42,826 nt of DNA from Pseudomonadota bacterium (GTDB lineage Bacteria; Desulfobacterota; Desulfobulbia; Desulfobulbales; DAOVYS01): assembly GCA_030635485.1 (NCBI GenBank), contig DAOVYS010000001.1, positions 1 to 42,826 on the forward strand, in the 5' to 3' direction. The notes beneath the pieces were generated by a model. It worked only from the letters and a program-made list of their open reading frames with translations. It did not search any database and had not been told where the DNA came from. The translations under genes and the position numbers were made by a program. The stretch's first letter is position 1. Every line of letters starts with the position of its first letter. This document shows, piece by piece, positions 23,999 through 31,110 of the stretch.

Positions 23999-24811
23999 TT
24001 ACTGATCCCGGTTCAACTGCCTCTCCATCACGCGCAAAAGACCGATCAGGTCGATGGGCTTCGGGATATAATCATCCATGCCCGCCTCAAGGCATTTGTC
24101 ACGGCATCCTCTGATCGTGTGAGCTGTTACTGCAACAATCGGGATATGGTGTTTGGTCCTCTTTTCGTTTTCCCTGATGACCCTGGTCAGTTCAAAACCG
24201 TCTATTTCCGGCATCTGAACATCCATGAGTATGAGGTCGAATTTGTTCTTTTCAAGCGCCTCGATCGCTTCAAGGCCGTTTTCAACGCCGGTTACAGCAC
24301 AGCCGTTTCGCTCGATCAGGTCGACAAGCAGCATCCGGCTGATGTCATCGTCCTCTGCAACAAGAATTTTCAGGTTTTTGCTTTTTTTATGATCCGGTTG
24401 TGTAGGGAAGTTTTGGATTCGGTCTTCGGTGTCATCATGGTCAGGGGAGTCCGGATCTTGGGTCTCGATCTCGAAATATTTTTTTATGTCATGCGTAATG
24501 GGGAGCATCCTCTCAACCGATTTACGGATCATGCAGAGATAATGCGCCTGCTCAGGGCTCATGTTCGTCTCAAGGACAAGGTCGGTCATTCCCTTCAGGC
24601 CGTTCATCAGTGTGCAGAATTTGTAACTGATCTCGCTCATGAACCGGCTGACTTCACCGTCCCGCTCTTCCCGTACCCTCCATAATTCTTTTTCAGCCGA
24701 TTTGCGCAGCTTGACCTGAAGATTCAGCTCGTTTAAGAGACTTTCCTTGTCCAGGTCCGTGTAATCCATAGAATTTACATCCCAAATCAAATAGAGATAG
24801 ATCGTTTCCAA
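23999..24811 (-). CDS. Receiver-domain protein with an N-terminal coiled coil and a degenerate HisKA (DHp) domain. It lacks the phospho-acceptor His and has no ATPase domain.
   Basis: FMSEISYKFCTLMNGLKGMTDLVLETNMSPEQAHYL aligns with the hybrid-kinase H-box [26 protein letters not shown]...EQ..YL but carries Y where His is expected. An intact REC follows (ILVAEDDD...DLILMDVQMPEIDGFE...VTAH...PKP). An alternative start is MDYTDL at 24769. Confidence 0.8.
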   Translation of the reverse strand: METIYLYLIWDVNSMDYTDLDKESLLNELNLQVKLRKSAEKELWRVREERDGEVSRFMSEISYKFCTLMNGLKGMTDLVLETNMSPEQAHYLCMIRKSVERMLPITHDIKKYFEIETQDPDSPDHDDTEDRIQNFPTQPDHKKSKNLKILVAEDDDISRMLLVDLIERNGCAVTGVENGLEAIEALEKNKFDLILMDVQMPEIDGFELTRVIRENEKRTKHHIPIVAVTAHTIRGCRDKCLEAGMDDYIPKPIDLIGLLRVMERQLNRDQ

Positions 24812-24904
24812 TCGGATAATCAGTGAATTATCAAATGACTACACAATAAATCATCAATAATCAATTGCTAAATTTTTTTTAAAGGGTGATAGGGAACTCT
24901 TACA

Positions 24905-25723
24905 TTATTTTGCCACAACAAACGCCTCCTTAAACCCGGCCCTTTTTAACACCCGTTTCATCCTTTCGGCCTCGGTAAGGGTATTGCCGGCCTCAACCCG
25001 TACCCTGTAAAATATTTTGTCTCCCCGGTCATACATTCGGATGACCGTTTTATGCTCCTGGTCGTACATTATATTCTTCAGCCTTTTTGCGTTGTCCCTG
25101 TTCGTGAACGAACCGATCTGGATATAGAATTCGCCTGATTTAAAATCCTTGTGCGGCAGAAATTTTTTCACAGTCTTTCCTCTTTCACGGCAGGAGACCG
25201 CTTCGCCCATTGCAGTGATCCTGACTTTTGCAGTGCCTTTTTCGGATATATCCAGTTTTTTTGCCCCTGTCAGGGTCAGGTCGATTATCCGGCCCTTGAC
25301 AAACGGGCCCCTGTCGTTGATTCTCACCATGGTTTCAATGCCGTTTTCAAGGTTTTTGACCAGCACGTACGTATTCATGGGCAGGGTCTTATGCGCAGCG
25401 GTTGAACCGTACATGTCATAGGTCTCGCCGTTTGATGTCTTTCTGCCGTGGAATTTGCGTCCGTACCAGGATGCGATGCCCTTTTGGGAAAAACCGTGGG
25501 AAGATGGAAGCGGGTAATAGTTCCTGCCGTTGATCTTGTACGGCCGTTGAGTGGAGGGAGGCACTGGGTGGTAGGATGAAGTCCGGGAAGGCTGGCTCAC
25601 AGGCCTTTTGGCAGGGGTTTTGATTACCCTTGGCCTGCCGCAGGCGGTAAGGAGAAAGACCGCTGATAAGAACAGAATAAACGGGAAACCACGTATGATA
25701 TTGTTTCGAATAAAGGAAAGCAT
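24905..25723 (-). CDS. rlpA: Septal ring lytic transglycosylase RlpA-family lipoprotein with a C-terminal SPOR domain.
   Basis: It has a lipobox LLTAC, the DPBB region GIASWYGRKFHGRKTSNGETYDM...AHKTLPMNTYVLVKNLENG...VRINDRGPF, and the SPOR-like sequence FYIQIGSFTNRDNAKRL. Confidence 0.9.
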   Translation of the reverse strand: MLSFIRNNIIRGFPFILFLSAVFLLTACGRPRVIKTPAKRPVSQPSRTSSYHPVPPSTQRPYKINGRNYYPLPSSHGFSQKGIASWYGRKFHGRKTSNGETYDMYGSTAAHKTLPMNTYVLVKNLENGIETMVRINDRGPFVKGRIIDLTLTGAKKLDISEKGTAKVRITAMGEAVSCRERGKTVKKFLPHKDFKSGEFYIQIGSFTNRDNAKRLKNIMYDQEHKTVIRMYDRGDKIFYRVRVEAGNTLTEAERMKRVLKRAGFKEAFVVAK

Positions 25724-25836
25724 TATGAGACAAGTATAACCAATCGCGCCGCGTGAACCAACTAGTGAATTGGCGGCAAAAAAGTTTTATGGTTTTTTCC
25801 TTGGATAAATCATGGCCGGTTGCTATATTACGGTAC

Positions 25837-27525
25837 ATGAATCCATCAAACGAAACTTCCAAAATCAGTAAAACCAAGTTTATATTTATTACAGGCGGCG
25901 TCCTCTCTTCTCTTGGGAAGGGGTTGGCGGCAGCGGCAATCGGCGCTCTTCTGGAAAGCCGCAGCCTGACAGTCACGTTTCAGAAACTGGATCCGTATAT
26001 CAACGTGGATCCTGGGACCATGAATCCGTTTCAGCATGGAGAGGTCTATGTCACGGATGACGGTGCGGAGACCGATCTGGACCTGGGCCATTATGAGCGT
26101 TATACGTCAGTGATCATGGGCCAGAAACACAATTACACGTCAGGCCGGATTTATTATTCCGTTATAACCAAGGAGCGGGCAGGGAAATATCTGGGTGGAA
26201 CGGTCCAGGTGATTCCTCATGTCACAGATGAGATCAAGGCGGCAATCCGGCAGCTTGAAGGTGATGCGGACGTGGCCATTATTGAGATCGGCGGTACGAT
26301 CGGTGATATCGAGAGTCTGCCTTTTCTTGAGGCTATCCGGCAGTTTAAATATGATGCCGGGGAGCAGAATTCGATTTTCATCCACGTAACGCTTGTGCCG
26401 TATATCAAGACTGCCGGTGAGGTCAAAACAAAGCCGACCCAGCACAGCGTCAAGGAGATGCGCGCCATCGGCCTGCAGCCTGATATACTTTTATGCAGGA
26501 CCGGAAGACAATTGAGCGATGAAATCAAGGCAAAGATTTCCCTGTTCTGCAATGTCCCGCCCGAGGCCGTGATCACGGCACGGGATGTGAAGAGCATCTA
26601 TGAGGTGCCTCTTCTTTTGCACGAGGAAGGGCTGGACGCCAGGATACTTGAATTGCTCAACATCTGGACAGGCGCTCCTCGTCTTGACTCCTGGTACGAA
26701 CTGGTCCGCAAGATAAAGGCGCCGGCCCACAGTGTCGTGATCGGCATTATCGGTAAGTACGTGGAACTTGCCGAATCATACAAGAGCCTTCACGAGGCGA
26801 TCGTGCATGGCGGCTTTGCAAATGACGCCCAGGTGGAACTGCGCTATGTGAGCGCTGAGGATATCGAGAAAAAAGGGGCTGCCGGGCTGCTTAAAGGGTG
26901 TAGCGGCATTCTGGTCCCCGGAGGGTTCGGTAAACGGGGCGTGGAAGGTAAAGTTAGGGCCATCACCTATGCACGGGAGCGGAAGGTCCCGTTTTTGGGC
27001 ATCTGTCTGGGGATGCAGCTTGCCGTAATCGAGTTTGCCAAAAATGTTGCAGGATTGGATAAGGCCGCCAGTGAGGAGTTTGACGAGAATACGACACAAC
27101 CCGTGATTTATTTGATGAGAGAGTGGTATGACTACCGGACCGGGGAGCTTCAGATAAGGGACGAGAAATCTGAAAAGGGAGGCAGCATGCGTCTGGGCGC
27201 CTATCCCTGCGTTATCCTGGAATCCACCTTTGCCCATGCGGCCTATGGGTCAAAAGAGGTGTTTGAACGCCATCGCCATCGCTTTGAGTTTAATTTGAAG
27301 TTCCGGGATCAGCTTGTCAAAAGCGGTATGATTATCAGCGGCATATCGCCTCCTAAAGAGGGTGTGTCCCCTGACCTGGAACTGGTCGAAATAGTCGAAC
27401 TTGCCGACCACCCATGGTTCCTGGGGTGTCAGTTCCATCCTGAATTCAAGTCAGGCCCCATGAAACCTCATCCGATATTTAAGAATTTTGTCAAGGCATC
27501 ATTGAAGTTTGCAAAGAGTGGTTGA
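25837..27525 (+). CDS. pyrG: CTP synthase.
   Basis: Motifs seen are [52 protein letters not shown], and the glutaminase domain GICLGMQ...HRHRFEFN. I prefer the start at MNPSNETSK (25837). The track start at 25753 adds 28 non-homologous residues. Confidence 0.95.
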   Translation: MNPSNETSKISKTKFIFITGGVLSSLGKGLAAAAIGALLESRSLTVTFQKLDPYINVDPGTMNPFQHGEVYVTDDGAETDLDLGHYERYTSVIMGQKHNYTSGRIYYSVITKERAGKYLGGTVQVIPHVTDEIKAAIRQLEGDADVAIIEIGGTIGDIESLPFLEAIRQFKYDAGEQNSIFIHVTLVPYIKTAGEVKTKPTQHSVKEMRAIGLQPDILLCRTGRQLSDEIKAKISLFCNVPPEAVITARDVKSIYEVPLLLHEEGLDARILELLNIWTGAPRLDSWYELVRKIKAPAHSVVIGIIGKYVELAESYKSLHEAIVHGGFANDAQVELRYVSAEDIEKKGAAGLLKGCSGILVPGGFGKRGVEGKVRAITYARERKVPFLGICLGMQLAVIEFAKNVAGLDKAASEEFDENTTQPVIYLMREWYDYRTGELQIRDEKSEKGGSMRLGAYPCVILESTFAHAAYGSKEVFERHRHRFEFNLKFRDQLVKSGMIISGISPPKEGVSPDLELVEIVELADHPWFLGCQFHPEFKSGPMKPHPIFKNFVKASLKFAKSG

Positions 27526-27533
27526 GTTTTTTT

Positions 27534-27614
27534 TGACACGATAATGCCGTAACACTTTTTTCGAGTTTCCAGCCGGGAGTTCGTGATATGTCGTGTTACG
27601 GCATTGTCGTGTCA
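27534..27614. repeat. A 22-bp inverted repeat (21/22 match) in the pyrG-kdsA spacer.
   Basis: The arms are TGACACGATAATGCCGTAACAC (27534-27555) and GTGTTACGGCATTGTCGTGTCA (27593-27614). Confidence 0.8.
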
Positions 27615-27665
27615 GCCGTATTTTATGCAAAGCCCGGTTAGGGCTGGTCATATTAGGAGACGTGA

Positions 27666-28529
27666 GTGAAACCAGTTGACATATCAGGTCGTTTAAAGAT
27701 AGGCCCGGGGCAGCCGTTGCTCTTGATCGCCGGACCTTGTGTGCTTGAATCCGAGGATCTGGCAAGGAATGTGGCGCAGGAGATGAAGGATATTGCCGCC
27801 AGGCTTGAGATTTCTTTTGTTTTTAAGTCTTCTTTTGACAAGGCGAACAGGACATCTCTGGATTCGTTTCGTGGGCCCGGCTTAAGAAAGGGGCTTGAAA
27901 TTTTGAGCCGAATCCGCGAAGAATTGGACATCCCGGTGACCTCTGACGTCCATGATGTGAGCCAGATAGAGGCTGCGGCTGATGTTCTGGATATTCTTCA
28001 GATTCCGGCTTTTCTCTGCAGGCAGACCGACCTGCTTGTGGCTGCGGCCAGGACGGGCAGGGCCGTGAGCCTTAAAAAAGGTCAGTTTCTTTCACCATGG
28101 GACATGGAGCACGCTGTTGAGAAAATTCGAAATTCAGGGGGGCAGAGGCTCTTATTAATGGAGCGGGGAAGCATGATGGGATACAACAATCTGGTTGTGG
28201 ATATGCGTTCCTTTCCGGTCATGTCTTCGTTTGGATGCCCTGTGATTTACGATGTGACGCACAGCGTTCAATTGCCGGGCGGAGTAGGCGGCAGTTCGGG
28301 CGGTCAGCGCGAATTTATCCCGCCGCTTGCCAGGGCAGCGGTTGCGGCTGGAATTGACGGTATCTTTATGGAAGTCCATCCCGACCCTGACAAGGCGCTC
28401 TGTGACGGGCCGAATTCCCTCCCCTTAGACCAGGTTGAACCGCTTATGAAAAAGCTCGTAATGATTCACAATCTGGTCCGCAAAGGTCTAAGTCCAAGAC
28501 CTCTGAGGCGGCAAACGGACAAAAGGTAA
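27666..28529 (+). CDS. kdsA: 3-deoxy-8-phosphooctulonate (KDO-8-P) synthase.
   Basis: Motifs seen are LLLIAGPCVLES, FKSSFDKANRTS, LQIPAFLCRQTDL, KKGQF, DVTHSVQLPG and GIFMEVHPDP. The start is GTG with an AGGAGA SD. Confidence 0.93.
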   Translation: MKPVDISGRLKIGPGQPLLLIAGPCVLESEDLARNVAQEMKDIAARLEISFVFKSSFDKANRTSLDSFRGPGLRKGLEILSRIREELDIPVTSDVHDVSQIEAAADVLDILQIPAFLCRQTDLLVAAARTGRAVSLKKGQFLSPWDMEHAVEKIRNSGGQRLLLMERGSMMGYNNLVVDMRSFPVMSSFGCPVIYDVTHSVQLPGGVGGSSGGQREFIPPLARAAVAAGIDGIFMEVHPDPDKALCDGPNSLPLDQVEPLMKKLVMIHNLVRKGLSPRPLRRQTDKR

Positions 28530-28587
28530 CTGATCACAGGGGCAAGATAACCAAACAAAGGCTATTCCTCTACCTGTGATCGCTTAC
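28526..28587. repeat. Family B-related short hairpin, copy B3.
   Basis: GTAACTGATCACAGG...CCTGTGATCGCTTAC shares the terminal arms of B2. The kdsA TAA stop lies inside the first GTAAC. Confidence 0.6.
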
Positions 28588-28606
28588 GACAAAAGATGGT
28601 GATAAA

Positions 28607-29254
28607 ATGAAACAGGATGAGAGTTGTGTTGCCGGGACCGGGGGGTATCCCGGAGATTGTGAGTTGACGCAGCATCTCCTGAAAAGGGCGGCTGCGAGGA
28701 AAAAATCAGATGAAAAAGGGTATGTCCGGCGTTCATGCTTTCCTAAAGCGGAACCGATCAAACTGCTGCTTCTGGATGTGGATGGAGTGTTGACGGACGG
28801 TACAATCATGTACACCCACGAAGGCACTGAGATAAAATCGTTTCACACTCATGACGGCCTGGGCTTAAGGCTCCTGAAAGAGGCGGGAGTCGAAACGGGC
28901 CTGATCACGGCCCGGAGTTCCAGGGCGCTGGCCCGCCGTGCCAAGGACCTTTCCATAACCCATGTCTATCAGGACGTTTCCGATAAGGTAGAGGTATACG
29001 ATAAGCTTCTTAAAGAACTTGACCTTACTCCGTCAGAGGTCGCGTATATGGGAGATGACTGGCTTGATCTCCGTCTCCTGACCAGGGTCGGTTTTTCAAT
29101 TACAGTGGCTGACGGCGCCGATGAATTGAAACAGGTTGTCCATTATGTAACAAAAAGAGAGGGGGGCAGGGGAGCCGTGCGAGAGGTATGTGATCTCATA
29201 ATCGATGCCAAAGAGATGCGTGAATCATTGTTGGCCGGGTATCTTGACAAATGA
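28607..29254 (+). CDS. kdsC: KDO-8-phosphate phosphatase KdsC (HAD-IIIA, YrbI family) with an atypical ~45 aa N-terminal extension.
   Basis: Motifs seen are LLLLDVDGVLTDG, DGLGLRLL, GLITARSS and MGDDWLDL. It lies between kdsA and lptC. Confidence 0.85.
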   Translation: MKQDESCVAGTGGYPGDCELTQHLLKRAAARKKSDEKGYVRRSCFPKAEPIKLLLLDVDGVLTDGTIMYTHEGTEIKSFHTHDGLGLRLLKEAGVETGLITARSSRALARRAKDLSITHVYQDVSDKVEVYDKLLKELDLTPSEVAYMGDDWLDLRLLTRVGFSITVADGADELKQVVHYVTKREGGRGAVREVCDLIIDAKEMRESLLAGYLDK

Positions 29255-29811
29255 CGTGGCGCAGGCATATACTCTGGTTTTTGCCGTTTCTTTTTCTGGT
29301 GACCGCGCCGTTATGGCAGGGGACGATTGCGAATTTTTTGAAACCCCGTGGAGAATTCGACCTGAAGGCTGACTCCGGCCCGGCTTCGCTCCGCTTGTTC
29401 ACAATGGAGGAGGCCCATCTCTCACAGATCACAAAAGGTATAAAGGAGTGGGACATCAAAGCGGCAAAGGTCTATTCAGAAGGCGTTGATTCCGCTATCC
29501 GGATGGATGGGGTCGAGGCTGTATTCTATGACAGAGGAAGAGCGGACGCGAATATTTTAAGCGGCAAGGCCACGTACGACGAGAAGAAACAGATTCTGAC
29601 CCTTATGGATGATGTCCATCTGGTCACCAGGGACGGACACGAACTGCGCACAGAGGCCCTGCGTTATCTTGTTAAGTTTCAGAAAATCAAGACAGCCGTA
29701 AGGGTGCGCTTGTTTGGGGAAAATGTCGAGATTCAGGGCAACAGCCTGTTTTATGATCTTAAAACAGGAGCCTTCAGGGTTGGTGGTCGTGTCTCCTGTG
29801 ACTTTATCTAA
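29251..29811 (+). CDS. lptC: LPS export system protein LptC (probable).
   Basis: It has one N-terminal TM segment (ILWFLPFLFLVTAPLW) and a beta-rich body with LptC-like strands (LSGKATYDEKKQILTLMDDVHLV...LRTEALRY...VEIQGNSLFYDLKTGAFRVGGRV). Its ATGA start overlaps the kdsC stop, and it sits in the canonical position after kdsC. Confidence 0.7.
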   Translation: MTWRRHILWFLPFLFLVTAPLWQGTIANFLKPRGEFDLKADSGPASLRLFTMEEAHLSQITKGIKEWDIKAAKVYSEGVDSAIRMDGVEAVFYDRGRADANILSGKATYDEKKQILTLMDDVHLVTRDGHELRTEALRYLVKFQKIKTAVRVRLFGENVEIQGNSLFYDLKTGAFRVGGRVSCDFI

Positions 29812-30680
29812 GGGTTCGTTCGGAAATACATTTGAGGCGGAACTGTTTGCAGGTCTCGTATGTCCGAGCCGTGCAGAAGTCTTTTGGCCATTTCCCCGGC
29901 TTGAGCCCCCATTTTATAAAGATCAAAGGAGACAGACACGGTTGCCCCGTGTTTTAAATATTTATCCGCAAAGGTTAAAACCGGAATTTTTTCTTCAGCA
30001 GAGAGGAAATAGATGCTGCCGAATATATCCGGTGTAACCACGGTCATGTCGGGCAGCATCCAGAAGGCGTCAATACTATTGTTTCCCAGGAGGGTTATAA
30101 TTGTTTTTGGAGCCTCGGTCGAGGAGCGGACCGGTTCGGCAACCAGGGTGATCCCCTGCAGGTCCGCGGCAGCCTTTACCCTGGTCACCAGTTCATTGAC
30201 CATCCCTGGATCATAGACCAGACCTATCCGTTTTATATCGGGAAAGACGTCAAGCAGGACGTCGAGCTGTTTTTCCGGAGGGATAACCATGCCCACCCCT
30301 CTGATATTTGGCCCATACACTATCTGCGGACAGGTTGACCTTGCCAGAAGGTAAATAATGGGCGTGGAGCAAAGCTTATTGGCCCATGAAAGGGATTTGG
30401 GGCCGATGGTAAGAATCAGGTCCGGATCAAGAGATTTTATCTCAGCGGCAAATTCCGCTTCATTATGTGAATCCGAGAGAACAAAGAAGGTTATGGTGCC
30501 GGGGTATATGCTTTTAACGTCTTGCAGGGGAATAATGGAGGCGCAGATATCCAGAAACCCCTGCAGGGTATTATCGTAGGCCTTTGTCCTTGAGTCCTGG
30601 ACAACCACAATCTCATAAGCGGCGTCGGCGGTCAGGACAAGGGACAGAAGAAAAAAGAGAGTCAGTAGTATATGGCGCAT
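29808..30680 (-). CDS. Periplasmic substrate-binding protein, ABC_sub_bind (COG2984) family. It is an orphan, with no adjacent permease or ATPase.
   Basis: It has a signal peptide MRHILLTLFFLLSLVLTADA. Type-I PBP-like segments are RIGLVYDPG, IDAFWMLPDMTVV, KIPVLTFADKYLKHGATVSVSFD and GAQAGEMAKRLLHG. Confidence 0.78.
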   Translation of the reverse strand: MRHILLTLFFLLSLVLTADAAYEIVVVQDSRTKAYDNTLQGFLDICASIIPLQDVKSIYPGTITFFVLSDSHNEAEFAAEIKSLDPDLILTIGPKSLSWANKLCSTPIIYLLARSTCPQIVYGPNIRGVGMVIPPEKQLDVLLDVFPDIKRIGLVYDPGMVNELVTRVKAAADLQGITLVAEPVRSSTEAPKTIITLLGNNSIDAFWMLPDMTVVTPDIFGSIYFLSAEEKIPVLTFADKYLKHGATVSVSFDLYKMGAQAGEMAKRLLHGSDIRDLQTVPPQMYFRTNP

Positions 30681-30703
30681 GACCGGTAAGATAAAAAAAT
30701 ATT

Positions 30704-30844
30704 AATTAGTGTTTGTCCGGGAATGTAAGATTTCCGGACGGAGGGATCAGGGATCGTGGGGCAGGGTAACGGATTGATTTTTTTGTTGTTTTTTTGCCCT
30801 AGTCCCTGATCCTTCAAAAGGGCCGTTTATAAACAGACACTAAT
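30704..30844 (+). repeat. Family A palindromic repeat, copy A4 (full length, about 140 bp).
   Basis: The sequence is AATTAGTGTTTGTCCGG...GGATCAGGGATCGTGGGGCAGGGTAACGGATTGATTTTTTTGTTGTTTTTTTGCCCTAGTCCCTGATCC...AAACAGACACTAATT. Confidence 0.88.
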
Positions 30845-30901
30845 TATAATTTCATGTTACCAGAAAAAAACGATAATGGATATAAGTACAAGTACTTACA
30901 A

Positions 30902-30927
30902 ACAGGTAAGTACAAGTACTTACCTGT
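30902..30927. promoter_or_regulatory. A perfect 26-bp palindrome, candidate operator site.
   Basis: ACAGGTAAGTAC-AA-GTACTTACCTGT has exact 12-bp arms. A direct partial copy TAAGTACAAGTACTTAC lies at 30883-30899. Confidence 0.45.
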
Positions 30928-31110
30928 CGCGAAATATTTCTATGAATACAACTAGTTAAGGAAGCGTTTTTTTTGTATTAAGAGGGTGAATTTTTTTTGT
31001 CGAATTTGTGAAAAAAAATTGCCGTGCGGTAGAAAGCGCTTTTGGCGAAGTCGGTTAAAAGCTTATCTGGTAAGGGTTTTCGTGTTCCGTGGCAGGTTGC
31101 GGGTGATCGG

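Noticed and set aside
23981-24685. A 234-aa plus-strand ORF.
   Set aside because: It is antisense to a clear receiver-domain gene and has no recognisable motifs of its own.
25753-25836. N-terminal extensions in the track for pyrG (25753), queH (33598), rimO (40477), rnr (9234), trxA (35927), the MORN protein (33442) and atpZ (37917).
   Set aside because: In each case family homology starts at a downstream Met, often with a better SD, and the extension overlaps a repeat or the upstream gene.
25416-25976. A 186-aa minus-strand ORF spanning the rlpA/pyrG divergent region.
   Set aside because: It overlaps the 5' ends of both well-supported genes out of frame and shows no homology.
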